DNA of 64,000 nucleotides, from assembly GCF_009914755.1 (NCBI RefSeq), contig NC_060926.1; one strand, written 5' to 3'. The number at the start of each line of letters is the position of its first letter. Positions within the stretch are counted from its first letter, which is position 1. The notes beneath the pieces were generated by a model. That model was not told where the DNA came from and made no database searches. It saw only the letters and a list, made by a program, of their open reading frames with translations. The position numbers were made by a program, and so were the translations under genes. Source of the stretch: the human T2T-CHM13v2.0 reference genome, Homo sapiens. Of this stretch, positions 11,176-27,190 are shown one piece after another.

Positions 11176-13409
11176 TTTTTTCACTGTAATATGCAGTATA
11201 TTCTTTAAATCCTATATCTAGGCAACCAATCTTGAAGAAGTATTTGGCTGAATGTCAGTAATCCAATAAGCCAAAAAACATTTTCTCAATATATTAGGTG
11301 CAAGTAAATAGGCATTACCTAGTCCTTAGCCGCTAAATTTGAGATGGTTCTATACGTTCATTCTTGCTGAGAGTTCAGGTTCCTGGAATAATGTGAGTAT
11401 ATCATTATATTAATAATATTCGTATGGAAGTGGTTTCATTTATTTTTCAACTTCTGTATAAAATGTTCATATTTATATTGCTTTTCATACTGAAGCAATA
11501 ATGAAAGAAAATATATAAACCACCGATTCTCTATCATATGAAACTTAATACTTGAATTTTTAACACCTAGAATACAGAATAGATGATGGTCTCTAGAATT
11601 TAAGCTTTTCTTATATAAGCAAAGATTGTTTTCATTTTGTACTAAACAATATAGTGTCTTTCAAATCTCCTGATGAATTTGTGCACTGTCTCACAGCTCT
11701 CATTCCTCTCATTTTTTTTTGCTTTCACATTGTTAAGCTATAATGCCGTTAACATCTATTTCAAGTCGTCTCCCCTCTCTGGTGATTGATGGTAGATACA
11801 ACAATTATGATGCCAATGCTGGGGATAATTCTTCACAGATGTTGTCAAATTACAGGTTAAATGGGGAAAAGAGTTTCTTTCTTCCGGCCACCCACTCTTC
11901 ATTCCCTTGAAATAGGTGCGTGGTGCTGTGTATCCTGTGCTGTAGGTATGCCAATTCTCCACAGCCTGTCGCTCATCTGGTGTAAATGACTTCTATTTGC
12001 TATTTCAAAGAATGACAGAATGTTATGTTCAGAGTGCTTTGCAGGTACCAAAAATGCAGAAATTCAGCCTCGAATTTTAACTGGCAAAGGGAAGTCCGTT
12101 GGGTCTAGCACAGCCATTATGATATTTCTTTTATCATAAATCACATTTGCCATTGCTAATTAAAAAAAATAAAATAATAGGATGACTGTGATTTGCTTCA
12201 AAATTACATGGGAGAAAAAAGTAGCCTTCAATTGATAATTGTTAAAACTGGGCTGTTGATACATTGCGTCTATTTCTTTCTCTGTTTAACTTTCCATTAA
12301 AAACACACACACACACAAAGGGTTTTGTTATTTTAACCCTTCATTAAACTATATGTTATCCTAAGGAGGAAATATAGAAATTCCATGGGTAATTCTTCTT
12401 TCAGTTATTTAAAATAATGAAGTCATATTTTCTTGGTCATTTAGTTTGGACCAATGGATTATGGTACAGCATTCCGTGAGTTTTGCATTTATTTTTCTAA
12501 GTGAGTTCATTGCAATTCTCAGCAGGGAAAGGGGAAAGGATTCGGGATAAGGGACAGAGCAAAGACAAGGAAACTTGGGTTGCCAAGTAAACAAGTAAGG
12601 TTAGAAAAAAAGGTTTGGGGATTTAGGTTTTAGCCTCACCCAACAGCTGATGTATTGTAAGCCAAGAAAATTTGATCTAAGTTTTAGTTGAAATTCCTCC
12701 ACCTGGATAAACCAGGGGTAATTATTTGAGCTATTCCCATAGAGGTGACAGGAAGTTCTATTAATAAATGTGGGTCCAGAATGTAAAACTAAAGATGCTC
12801 CCTATCTCCCACTGGAGTGGGAATAATGAGGAATTTTTTGTTTTATGGCATAATTTGTTTTAAATACAGTCTTGCTACTCAAAGTGGAAATATTGTAAAT
12901 GGCCATTTTTTTCTTTCTTTGAACTATAGGTCATCAAATGTTCATCTGATGTAACCCAATATAACTTGGCAACGTTTCATTAAAGGCATTCCACCAATAA
13001 AGTGGTCTATCATTTTTTTTAATCTCTAGAGAAACCATTGCCTTCCTTTAAATCACTTGCCAATACCTCAAACTATAATAATCAGGAAGTACTTCCAAGT
13101 GTCTAATTGAAATCCTTACCACTGTAATTTAATATAATTAACCTTGAATTTTCAAGGTATTTTCATCGATCTTATTTCATAATTCTTATTATTTTCTTAA
13201 TGACTTAGATATAATTTAGGTTGTAATAGCATGGATGAGTTCAACTGTAAGACTTTCCAGAAAGAGGCTGAAAGAAAAAGAGAAAAAATGGAAATGGAAA
13301 AACCCAGGAATATGAAACCTACTCAGTAGCTTGACTATTATCTGATGGATTGCGCACAACCCAGGTTTAGCTCATACTAGATAAGGATTCAGAAGAACTC
13401 AACAAAATT

Positions 13410-13870
13410 TTGGTAGATCAATTACAAACATGTCCACAATTCTTCGTTTTCCCCTTTATTCATGCTCATTATAATATAGCTCTATAGCTTTTTTTTTTTC
13501 CTCCACTAAACAGTCTGTTGTTTCTATTCTTGAATCTGTGTTGAACTGCCACTTGTTTAGGCTAATAGAAAGGACACTTTATTGGTCTCTCTGAGACCTC
13601 TACCAGTCGTATGTAAACAAGGCTAGGTTAGTCTGCATGAGGATTTAGGAAAAAATGGAGGAAATATGAGGTGCCCAAATGACAGTCAACCAATCCCAGA
13701 AACAGAGTCACTGGCCAACTGTAACCAAAGGAGACAGCAGAGACAAGAATAACTTTTTTCAGCCCAGCCCAAACTGTAGACCTGTAAAATTCTAAGTTAA
13801 ATAAATAGGTATTGTTTTAAGTCACTGAATTTTGGATTCGTTTCTATCACTGCAATAGAAAACAGATACA
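13410..13870 (+). mobile_element. MLT1 (MaLR) solo LTR, MLT1G/H-like
   Basis: MaLR 3' end 'aataaa...ttgttttaagtcactgaattttgg...gcaatagaaaacagataca'. Confidence 0.7.
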
Positions 13871-15740
13871 GAGATGCTAAAATCATTGGCAAAAAAGTTT
13901 GAGTTCTAGGTGAAACTCCTTTTCTAGTGGAGATGGTACAGTCCAAATCAGGAAACACAGTCACATAAATTTGAAAATATTGATAAAGTAGAGTGAATGG
14001 TTGCAACTCTGGCTGTGTAGTTGACCCCAACTTTTGAAGCTGTTAGCCACCCTGCTTAATTTAGTGTTATTGACAAATAGCAAACTTTCTTCCCGTGTTT
14101 CTCATAGGAAAGAGGACTGCCATTTGCATGCTGTACTTGACAATTGTATGTTAGAAATTGAAGATTAAGGTGTTTGGGGTCCTAAGCATTAAGTGTCAGT
14201 AGGACTTTATAAACCAAATCATTCCCAGATGTTTACAAAGTTCATTAAGATAATGCAAAACCCCAACAAAATAAAAATAAATGTTAATGTCTTATTGATG
14301 AGGGAAATTGTGTTTGTTTACCTATGTGACTTTGAAAAGTGAATGGCTATTGTTCTGATTGTGGATATGAAAAATTGAAAAGTAGGAACTGCATATTCTG
14401 TTGTTCACTCTAAACAGCCAGTACCTTTCACAGTCCCTGGCACATAGCATTGAATAAGTCCTTTTAGATTGGCTAACTGGAAGGAGAAATTTAACGGTTC
14501 TTGTATTGAAGTATTCATTCAAATCTATTTCAAGTACTACTTTCAGAGTTTACAGAGACCAAGAAAATTATCTAGGCAGCCAATGTGATCTCATTTAAAG
14601 TGAATGTTTTTACTATCTAAATAAGGGAATTGGAAACGGACTATGGGAACTCAAGTTACTATGGGTTCTAATCTCTACACAAGTATTTTCTTATTTGATT
14701 CTCTGAATAACCAATAGTACATTATTATCTTTATCTGTATTACATGACAACAACAAAAAAGAATAAGGCCAAGGCATTGAGGAAATACTAGCTTAACTAA
14801 AACTTATCAACATACTTCTTTTTAAATCAGTTGAGCTAATTCTGTCCTCTGTTCCTAAGTCAGATTTTTACTCACTGATATAACTAACAATGAGAAATTT
14901 TTTTAAAATGGGTGTTTTAGAGAGTCATCTGTTAAAGAAAAAGGTAAAGTCTCACCTTCAGGTAGTTTATATACTGGTAGAAAACTCTGATCATATATAA
15001 TAACAGTGAATAACATAAATTCAGGTTAAAAAAAGTGGTTCAAACACAGTGTTACATGATGGAGTTAGGAGCTCTTTGAGATAAGAGTCTTGGAAAAGGC
15101 CTCTCTGAGGTTTACATTTGAGCAGAAATTTAAATTCTGTGGAGTCACTACCAAAAAGTGGCAGGGAAATAAGTCAGTAGAATACCTAGATAAAGTGGAC
15201 AGCCCAATGGTGAGCACCCAATAAACACTCTGCCTGTATGTAGCTTTTATTAAACTATTATTGTGTTTTTGAATTACCACATCAAATATATCCGCCATCT
15301 GCATCCAAAAATAAAAATTAATATACATTTAAACATCTGCTGATATGCCATGTATTTACAAAATTAAAGTTTTAAATATATTAAATGTATTAGTTAAATA
15401 TTATTAAATTTATCATTCATTAATAAAACAGATTCAGATCTATCATTGTTATCTCAAGTTAGAAAGCATATAATTTTATTTTTTATTGTATAAACTCAAA
15501 CACATACAATTTAGGAAGACAAAGATAAGGGATATGAGAACCAAATTTGCAATTTGGCTGGGGTTGGATGAGACAGGTAGTAAACCGGCAATTAGAGTAT
15601 AATGTGTGGTCTCTTCAAAGATAAAGACATGGTTTTCTCAGAGCCAAGAGGAAGGGTGTTTCAGATAGTTAATGTCAGTAATGGTTTTACATTCAAAGTG
15701 CCTTCTGAACTGTCTAGATAAATTATTTTTTTAATAGAGG

Positions 15741-15911
15741 TTAAAAAATTAGCTGGGTGTGGTGGCACATACCTGTAATCCCATCTACTCCATGGGGCTG
15801 AGGTGGGAGGACTGCTTGAGCCTGGACAGGTCTAGGCTGCAGTGAGCTATCATCACACTACTAGACTCCAGGCTGGGTGACAAAGTGAGACCCTGTCTTG
15901 AGGAAAAAAAA
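15741..15911 (+). mobile_element. AluJ right monomer / FRAM
   Basis: 'aaaattagctgggtgtggtggcac...gctgaggtgggaggactgcttgagcc...ggctgcagtgagcta...gtgagaccctgtc' plus A tail. Confidence 0.85.
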
Positions 15912-16468
15912 TTTTTTTTGAGGTGAAATTGTTGTAACATAAAATTCACCATTTAAAATGTACAATTCAGCAGGATTAGTACATTCACAATGTAGTGCGA
16001 TAGTGACCTCCATGTAGTTCCAAAGCATTTTTGCCACCCCCAAAGGAAACCTGGTACCCATTAAGCAGACACTTCCTATCCCGTCCCACCTCCAGCCCCT
16101 GGTAACCACTAATATGCTTTCTGTCTCTTTGGATTTAGCAATTCTAGATATTTTTTATAAATGGAAACATATTATATGTGACCTTTTGTGCCTGCCTTCT
16201 TTCACTTAGCAAGTTATTGGGGTTTATCCATGTTGTAGCATGTGTCAGTACTTCATTTTTTATATAGCTTAATAATATCCCATTGTATAGATACACCACA
16301 TTTTATTTAACCATTTATACGTTAATGGACATTTGGGTTGTTTCAACATTTTGACTATTGTAAATAGCACTGCTTTGAACACGTGGATGAGTATTTGAGT
16401 ACCTGTTTTCAATTTTAGGGGGTGTATACCTAGGAGAAGACATGCTGAGTCATATGGTAATTCTATGT
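15912..16468 (-). mobile_element. L1MB (L1MB7/8-like) 3' UTR fragment
   Basis: 'aaaattcaccatttaaaatgtacaattcag', 'ccagcccctggtaaccactaat', 'ttctttcacttagc', 'ggacatttgggttgttt', 'catatggtaattctatg'. Confidence 0.88.
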
Positions 16469-16844
16469 CCTTGATAAATCCCTAATTTAGGAGTCCATAA
16501 GGTAAAGAAGATGCAGAAAGGACATTCTAGGTAGAAGGAATGAGGGAATATGAGAAGGCATGACAAAATGCCACTTTTGGGGGCATGTACTATCAGACAT
16601 AGCAGCAGCAAAGGGCAAGCGTAAGGGAACACTAGGGAATAGCACAGCTGCTTTCTCACAAAGGATGCTATGTATTAAAGAGCTTGTACTTTACTCTATG
16701 GAGAACTTTCATGATAAAAATTCCAACTTTCAGACTTAGATACACCTAGTCCATGAGTTAATCCCAGCAAAAGCAGGGAGCATATATGAACCACAAGTGT
16801 CTAGATTGATTTCTGTTTCTAAGCCTGAATGTGAAAACATATTA

Positions 16845-17267
<423 letters not shown>

Positions 17268-17933
17268 TCATGGGACCGTGATGAGGATGATGTTACATTT
17301 AAAGGCAAATAGAAAGTAAGTTGGTCAGGTAAATGTGCTGACAGCGTGAACCAAGGCAGTGCTGGTGGAAATTATGTGGAAAAATCGTATTGTAAAGATC
17401 TTAGGGGTTAGAAATCAGTATTTTTTGCCTGGTTGGATTTGGTGTTTGGACACGTGATGAATGTCAGAGATGATTTCTTGATTTAGATATGACAAGGACT
17501 AGAGGGAAAATTTATGAGTAGCTCTTAGTATCCCCGATTGTGTGAGCCAATATAAAGATTTACCCAAAGAAGACAAATGTTGTTTTGTTTAAATTACCTC
17601 ATGATAAGCTAGCAAACCAACAGCTTCTTTTTTCCTAGTACACAACTTGGAAAACCCCTCCACAAATTGCTAGAGATGCTTTGTGGAAAGCCTATACCAT
17701 TCTCACTTGATAAACTAAAACTGAATCATTTTCATTGTGAAAATATAAGTGATATATATGACAATATTACAGTCAAGGTTCTTTGGTATCATTCCGTGCG
17801 CATCCAAAAACTTAAGGTTTTTAAGTGTATTGCTTACGTGAATGGAGGTAGGTGAAATAAACATTAGAGTCCAGAGAAATACTGAAGAAATAAAGCAATG
17901 TATTTCAAATTATCTATGAGTCTATGGTTTAAC

Positions 17934-18140
17934 TAGAGTCTCTCCAGTTTGGCATGATTGACATGTTGGAACAGGTAATTCTTTGTTGTAGGGGACTAAC
18001 CTACTGTGCACTGGGGCATGTTTAGAAGTATCTCAGATCTCTACTCACTAGAAACTCCCTCCAGTTGTGGCATTCAAAAACGTCTTAGATATTGCCAAGT
18101 GTCTCATGGGAAGTAAATTCATTTTAGGTTGAGACCCTCT
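17934..18140. mobile_element. MER20 (hAT-Charlie)
   Basis: 'ggcatgattgacat...taattctttgttgtagggg...ccagttgtg...attgccaagtgtc...ggttgagacc'. Confidence 0.8.
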
Positions 18141-18499
18141 AATCAACCACAAATGGTGGAAATGTCAAGTGTTCATTTAACCAAAATGTTTTCCTTGTGA
18201 TATACAATACTGATCAATTAATTTGCAAGATTTGTTTTGCTTATTTTCTCTCTGATTGAATGCTTCAAGTTTACCAGTTGACATTGTAACCATAGTCAGT
18301 TTAAATAATGACAATGTCTAGTATCATGACACATGATATAGTCATTCAACAATTCATTCAACAAGTTTTGATTATTGATTGCCATCTGCTTACATTGAAT
18401 AGTGTTAAATTTTTGAAGGAAACAATAAGTGCCAGTTAATCAAATAGTTAATAATGGCTGTGAGTTGGGCTCTGGTGGTCCCCAAATATCTATATAGGA

Positions 18500-18837
<338 letters not shown>

Positions 18838-18927
18838 TGAAGATTTTATTGATAGATATAAATAAAAGATTTAGTATAAAATTACTGATAGCAAGCAAAG
18901 TGTCTTTGTTGTTGAAGTTGGACTGTA

Positions 18928-19289
18928 CATTGATCCTTGAACAATTCAAGGATTAGGGGAACCAACCCCCTGCATGGTTGAAAAATTCCTGTATAACATT
19001 TGACCTCCCAAGAATTTAACTAATAATAGCCTCCTGTTGACTGGAAGCCTTACCAATAATAAACAATTTATTAATATATATTTTGTACATTATATGTATT
19101 ATATACTGTATCCTACAGTAAACTAGAGAAAAGAAAATGTTAAGAAAATCATAACGAAGAGAAAATACATTTATCATTTATTAAGTGGAAGTGGATCATT
19201 GTAAAGGTCTTCATCTCAAATCATCTTCACATTGAGTAGGCTGAGAAGGAGGATGATGAGGACTGGTTTTATTGTTCAAGGCTCCATTG
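18928..19289. mobile_element. Tigger2/Tigger2a (MER28)-derived Tc-mariner element
   Basis: TA plus TIR 'cattgatccttgaacaa' and reverse TIR 'ttgttcaaggctccattg'; internal 'ctgttgactggaagccttacc', 'aagtggaagtggatcat', 'cacattgagtaggctgag'. Confidence 0.85.
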
Positions 19290-19379
19290 TGTTTTTATTT
19301 GTAAAGACTTATGAGAAAAAAGCTGACAGTACCTCTGGGGGTGGGGAGGTCTGAATTCGTCTCCCATTCATGACTCTAC

Positions 19380-19690
19380 TGGAGCTGAAGATAATGCAGA
19401 ACAAGCACTTAAAATGTAGTCCTAATGACAATCAAAATGAGAATGAAAAGCAAGAACAGGTTTTGCTGGAGAATATCCCTTGAAAAGGTTGAGTCTGGAA
19501 AAAGATATAGCTATTGATTGGATGGCAGCATCTCTTTCTTAGGATGACCTAGAAGAAACATCTTCTTAAGTGACAGTATGTGACTGAAAATGACAGAGGT
19601 TCTGTATAAGAGAGTTTAAAGAAATTAGATTGACTTGGCTGATAGAACTTCTTTGGCATGGTGCTGCTTGACCAAACAACTCAAATTCTG
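19380..19690 (+). mobile_element. possible highly decayed CR1/L3 LINE ORF2 3' fragment
   Basis: Weak resemblance to CR1 motifs ('gaaaaagatatag' ~ EKDLG; 'cagtatgtgac' ~ QQCD); subjective. Confidence 0.25.
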
Positions 19691-20049
19691 AACTATGAAG
19701 TTTATATTTGAATTTCTACATGACAATACATTTTACATTCACACACAAGCCTACCTCATTGTACTTTCATTGTATCATTAATTCATTGAAAATAATTTAG
19801 CCCACCAAGACAAAGATTGAGATCGATTCACTTTTTAGCTTTGTATATAGCAGATTCTATGCTAGAGGCTTTGAATCAATGGAGAATATCACAAAATCCA
19901 TAGTCTTTAGAACCTTCCAATCTTGGGGAAGGGATTAAAAAATAAGCTATGAATCACAGGTATAGGTAAATGATATAAATAGGGAAATGTTTAAGCTATA
20001 AGGAGAAAAACACTAAATCTACTTGAATAAAAAGTTTATTTAAATTTAA

Positions 20050-20520
20050 GATTTTAGTTGTCTTAAAGTATGAGTAGTACTTCCCAATATGGAACAAAAA
20101 GGAAAAGGCTTTAGATGAAATAAGAAAACATCTGGAGGCAGGTGAGTATGCAGCATGTTTAGAAAAGTTAAAGTAGCTTGATGTAATTGAAATGAAATAC
20201 AGAGATTGGCAGAAGACAAATATGGAAAAGTATAAAAGAGCCAGATCATGACGGGCACCCAATGCCAAGGTAGTGATTTAAGTCTACCTTGTAGTCAGTT
20301 AAGAGCGGTTGAAACAGGGAATTATTTCATGATATTTGTGTTTTAAAATACAAGCCTTTATGTGAAGCATACATGGAAAATGGAGGAAGATAAGATGTAG
20401 TTTAATTAGCTAGGAGTCTGTTGTAAAACCTCAGAAAACATATGAAGAGGGCATGCACAAAAGCAATGGCGCTTAGGATGGAGGCACAATCATGAATGGA
20501 CTTGATGGATAAAGTGATCA
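20050..20520 (-). mobile_element. L2 LINE relic
   Basis: 'cagcatgtttagaaaag', 'gccagatcatgacgggc...tgccaagg', 'catgatatttgtgttttaaaa'. Confidence 0.55.
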
Positions 20521-20581
20521 TCTAGAAAAGACATGAAGAAAATAAATGTGTTATGCCACTGTAAGGGCGTGCAAAATAGAA

Positions 20582-20960
20582 CTGTAGCAAAGACTATCTG
20601 TTTGCAAAACCTATTTCCTCCCTTTCTGGGCATAGGATTAGACTAAATATTACAGCTTCCCTTTTGGTATGTGGTGGCCATGTAACTGAGTTCTGGCTAA
20701 TGGAATGCAATGAAAATCTCTTCCAGACCAGACCCATGTTGTTTCCTCTTCCACAGGGCAGGGCTATCATGGTGGCATTGGACGCCATCTTTTGAAGATG
20801 GATAAAACTTACAGGATGGACAGATCCAATGTCCCTGAAGTACTACTGCTTGAAAAAAAGGTGCCCCAAATCAAGAACATTTAATTTTTACTTTACATCA
20901 ATGAAACATAAACTTTGGGGTTTGTTTATTTGGGCAACTAACAATATCTTAACTGATGTA
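20582..20960 (+). mobile_element. MLT1J/I (MaLR) solo LTR
   Basis: 'cagcttccctt...gtggccatgtaactgagttctggctaatggaatg', 'ttgaagatgg', end 'ggggtttgtt...ttaactgatgta'. Confidence 0.7.
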
Positions 20961-21153
20961 AGGCCTTAATTCAAGAAAGTCCACCATGAAAATGAGGGTT
21001 TTTTTTTTTTCTGTATTTATCATGGTATCTCTCCATAACTGTAGATACCCATAACTAGAGTACATATATATAGTATACAACACATACATTTACATTATTG
21101 TTACTACAAATTTTTATTTAAAAACATTCAACGCTGACTTTCTAGGACAATAG

Positions 21154-21558
<405 letters not shown>

Positions 21559-24500
21559 TTAGATGAAGTCATTTACTTGTTTGGATTTATGGCAGGATTT
21601 ATATTGCTATCTACAAATAGATATCAATAGTTAAAGAGATTTTATAGCTTTTTGACATTCAATATATTATGCAGGTTTAAAAGGCTCTCGAAAATGAATG
21701 AACTATCTAAGCTGAATAACTTTCCACTTGTAAAAACGTTTCTTAAAGTACAGAGTCCTCAAATTTAATACTTAGTCTTGGTTGTTTAAACACATGGTAA
21801 AATGCGGACAGGTTTTTCATTTGACAGAACAATCCTGATGGAACAATGCAGTCTCCACAGGGCTAAAGCCAAAATGAAAGAAATGACAGACTCATCTTAT
21901 TAGGGGAAATAATTGAAGGAATGCTTAGTTTTAATGTTTCTCTTAAGCAATATTATTTTATTTCTATTTTGATATGAATCCCTCTTCCTTACCCATGGGG
22001 AGCTCATTTGTTATATGATCTAGATATATTCTATTGAGATGATTTTGGGCCAGTCCAAGTGCCTGAAATACTGCAGAAGCTCTCTTATGTTACTTTGCAC
22101 ATACAATAGCTTGTTTTATTTTGCATTATGGTCTTACCAGGGTAATTTCAATTTACCAGTTAACAGTTAAGATAAAGGCCTGAAATACTGTGGCCAACTG
22201 GGTCTCCAAGTCAGGCGTTAGCGATTTGATAAAACTATTAAAAACACAGAGGATGTACATCTTTGATTAATACAAATAATAGAAAATTTCCTAAATAATG
22301 TTTTGTCCTGGGCTGCTTCCAAAATAGTAATTCACAAAATATGACTTTTTTTTTATTGGGGAGGTTATAAAAATTTGTTTGTTGGAGGTAGAGAAGGAAA
22401 TGTAATTAAAGGCTAAATTCAGACTCACATTTCATTTTAACAAAAAGAATATGTGTGATTTGGACACCAGTCACCTAGGCACTTCCTATTTTAAGGCAGT
22501 GCACATTGTCAGTAAATCAAATTATCCAATAGCAAAACTACATCTGGCAGAGCTATCTATGCCAGGTAACCTTAAATAGAAGCTCGGGGGTAGTTAGCTA
22601 TGTTGCAACACTGGGCTTTGCTGGTAAGAATTATCTAAAGTTCCTCTTTGTAGCATTGCAATTAAAAGAATAAAATGGGAAGAGGTGACATGAAAACATT
22701 AAGCTTGTGGGTATATGTGTGTGATTTAATGTCCCCTTTACATTTGAAAGTGCTAACAACAGCAAATTTAAGATAAAGCAACTCTGGGGTTTCATTTTAT
22801 GTATTTTTTTATTTTTTAAATGTTTTCCTTTTGCATATGGTCTTTATAAAGTAGAGCTTTAGATCATATATGCTTTAATAAAGGCCTATTATAAATAATT
22901 TACATTTAGGAAATCAAGAAGCTTGGAATTTGGATTGACTTGAGGTACCAATCTAATCTGAAAATGCCCAATTAAATTATTTTTGTTGTCATTAATCTGA
23001 GGAAAAAAACTTTAATTTTTAATCTCATCAAAGGAGTATGTGGAGGTCTGTTTACAATAATTTTTAAAAATGTATTATACTTTTGTAAGGCTGTTTCAAA
23101 TCCACGTTTATGGAGTGCACAACACACACCCACACAGACAAACAGACACACACAGATGTACACACATTCCTAGCCTGGTCAATTTAGATCTGATAATATT
23201 CTTTTTCCTCTTATGGACAAGGATAGTTATATATGAAATCCAAAGTGGGCCTGGAGTCTCCAATAGGGTTGTGCATCTACTGTTTGTTTTACTGCAAACA
23301 TTAAGCAAGAAACACACTCTTTCCTATATGCAATGTTCGAAGCAAATTCGTCCATGTTTATGACATTGAAAGTGTGTCATTGGCTCTGCAACAGTCATAT
23401 TTCAGGAGGAGGCATGATGTTTCTTTTAAAAAGAGAAGTAGAAAAAATCTTCTGTGATAATCTTTGGAGATATATGAGTTCAGAATTTAAGAATTTCCTA
23501 GGCTGTTCAGGATCAGCAAGAACAAACCAAGCCTTTCTCTTAATAAGTTAAATCAGTGTTGTCCAAAGAATGAGTTGGCATGAGAGATTTGAGGTATTTA
23601 ACCCTTATCCTAAATATTCTGAGAACAGGTATAATTTATTCAAATGTATTTGTTCCCTGAAATGTACTAATTGTTTTCCCTTTAGCCAAAAACTAGGAAC
23701 AAGGTTGAAAATGGCAAAGTGCAGAGCATGGGATTCAGAAATCCATAAAGTTGTGAATAAACTTCTAAATAACCTGCATGTGATATCCAACTATACTAGT
23801 TTATTCACCTTAAGATTGTCCATCCTGTAACTCAAAACCCTTTGTCAGGTCTGAGAAATGGTTTGTTTTCTTAACCTGATGTTGTTTTAAAAGGCAATAC
23901 CCAGATGTTCTGGGTTTGTGATAAAGAGAGAATTAATGAGTCTGTCTGTCCAACTGGAGCCTATTTATGAATCTGTATGGATGCCAATTGCAGGTTAAAG
24001 TGTGATGTTCCTGGTGCACAAAGGACTTAAAAACATTTTAGAGAAAATGAAAGGCTTTAATTAATCTTTCCTTTAAACACTTTTCTTTTTCACAGTCTAC
24101 CAACAAATAGATTCAGGCATGTTCTGGGATCACTTTAAAACCCTGATCTGTTATTTCTTCTTTTTCTTCTTCTCCATTTATAAAACCTTAAAGCAATTGC
24201 CTCTGTTGATGTGAGTCAGGCTTTGCTCTGTTTTGTTACTTTAACCTTAAGCTTTACTGTAAGCTGTGTAAACTAAAATTATAGATCTCTCTTCATTTCC
24301 CAAGTTGTTTCCCTCTAAGAAATCCCTTCTGTCTTTTTCCTAAGTAAAAAAGACTAAAAATATGTTTGAATAGAAACCGTAGCAATAATGACCTTAGCTG
24401 AAGCTTTGGCTGAGCATACCCTGCATGAACCAAGAGCAAAATTCTACCTACAGTAAGCTGAGGTCACCAGGGCCTTCTCAAAGTATTTTCAATAAAGCTA

Positions 24501-25083
24501 TTTCATTTCATTTCTTTCCTTCTATTTTTTTCTAAGCATTTAACATAGGAAATCATGATACAAATAGGTTCTATATCCATCGTCTCTTGACAAGTGAAAT
24601 ATTGAACTTCTCTAGCTCAGGGTAGTTTGATCCCTGATTTCTGCCTAAAAACTTGAAGTAATCTTATTGAGTTAGGTTCTCCTTTAACTACTAAAGGGAG
24701 TTGGTATGTAAATCCTACTTATACTAATGAGATTGTGTGTGTAAATTACTGTATATGGAGGCGGGACTGTGCCCCATGAAATTGATGTGTTTGTTTAGAA
24801 ATTACAATGTGTAACACGTCTCTTATCCTGTAGATCATAATAATTTCATAGTGCAATTAGCTAATCACAATTTAGTGACTATTCAGTTGAAGGTGTTATC
24901 TTTTATTCATATCCAACCATCTACTTTAGAAAATAACAAATGTCCATATGTTTAACCATTTAAAGACCAGCCTTCTTTAGGCCTATAACTTTTGCTAAAA
25001 TGCTCATAAATGTATTCAGCAAAAATCATTATAAGAATGATAGATTTTTAACATAGAGTATTAAAAAACGAGGCTTGAAACTA

Positions 25084-25506
<423 letters not shown>

Positions 25507-25897
25507 TCAATAAGCATTTTTAATCTAAGTGTTTTAGTGATTTCAAGAACTTATTGGATTTTATTTATTTACTTGCCATGGACCTGACAGTGCTTGTAGA
25601 CTAAAACTTTAAGGATTACTGGGGGCCTAGTGTTCATCTATAATTGAAATATTTCACTGTAAGTTTTATCTTTATAGTTTTTAATCAAAAAGTTTATAGC
25701 ATAACATTGTGAAAATGTTAAGAAAAAGTTAATATTTTTCTTTTCTTAGTTTAATGTTAATATAATTAAACTTTGCACAGTTTATTGACCCCAGTTGTAG
25801 TAATAATGTGTAACTGTAATATCACCTAAATATATATATATGTTTGACATTCCAGTCTAAATGAAATAATTAAACCGTATCATAACTTTTAAGCTAA

Positions 25898-26248
25898 TGT
25901 ATTAGTCCGTTTTCATGCTGCTGATAAAGACATACCCGAGACTGAACAATTTACCAAAGAAAGGGGTTTATTGTACTTACAGTCCCACATGGCTGGGGAG
26001 GCCTCAAAATCATGGCAGAAGGCAAGGAGGAGTAAATCATGTCTTATGTGGATGGCAGCAGGCAAAGAGAGATTGGGCAGGAAAACTCCCTCTTATAATA
26101 CCGTCAGGTCTTGTAAGACTTACTCGCTATCAGGAGAACAGCATGGGAGAGACCTGCCCCCATGATTTAGTTACCTCCCACTGGGTCCCTCCCACAACAT
26201 GTGGGTATTCAAGATGAGATCTGGGTGGGGACACAGCCAAACCATATC
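25898..26248 (-). mobile_element. THE1A/B (MaLR) solo LTR
   Basis: 'tgtattagtccgttttcatgctgctgataaagacatacccgagactg' ... 'gggtggggacacagccaaaccatatc'; TSD-like gctaa/cctaa. Confidence 0.93.
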
Positions 26249-26789
26249 CCTAACCCTGTGGAGAAATTAGATTTGCCCTCTTGCTTTGGATGTTATAACT
26301 AACTTGCAACTTTAATCTATACAATTTAATCTGTTTAAAATTTATATCCCTACCTCCTTGCAAAAAGAATTTGATGAATATTGCATAGAACTGACCATTT
26401 TTTCCATTATGATGGTCTTTTTATATAATTTTCTTCATCCATATTTCTCAATTTCCTGCTTTGACTAGAAAAAAAGTGAGATTATTTCAAAATTTATATT
26501 GTCACTGGATTGCTAATCCAATTTCCTTTGTCCAGAAGCTTGAGTCATTTCAAAAGTATCTAAAAATATAAGCTAAAAGCCAAAATTCTAATTGTTAAAA
26601 GAGTTTACAAAGAGACAAGAAAGTAGAGATTATAAAATAGAAGCGAAAATGATACCATTTGAAGATTCCACTGTGAAAAGATCAGTGTCCACAGGTACAG
26701 TTGATATGTGATCTTCCTTGAGGATCAGGTGTCAGTCATTTATATCTATTCAGGAGGCTTTGCATCTTACACGATTCCTCCTGTCCTGG

Positions 26790-27190
26790 ACTGTACTTCA
26801 GCGACACTGGCTTTCTTTTCTTTCTTCAAACCTGTTAAGCTCTTTCCGACCTCAGGACCTTTGCCTGGGACATTTCCTCTGCCCAGAAAGCTCTTTCTAT
26901 GGCTAGCTCCTTTTCATCTTTATTAAAGTTATATATCATCTCCTCTGAGGTATCTTCTGACAACCCAATCTAAAGTAGTTACTATCTCCAACATCATCCC
27001 TTTCTGTTGCCTTTAGAGCACTGATCACAGGATATAATTGATCCTTATTTGTTCACCTGCTGGTTTAATGCCATCTTTTGTCACTATCCTGCAGCTCTAT
27101 GAGTACCTGATCTTTTTTTCATGGCCACTCTGTGCCCAGAAGTGATCACAGTCTCTGGTACATAAACAATAATTAAGAAATATTTTTAAA
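26790..27190 (+). mobile_element. L2 LINE 3' fragment
   Basis: 'cctcaggacctttgc...ttcctctgccc', 'catctcctctgagg', 'cagtctctggtacata...aaatattt'. Confidence 0.7.

Noticed and set aside
25915-26217. 100-aa ORF
   Set aside because: Lies entirely within the THE1 LTR
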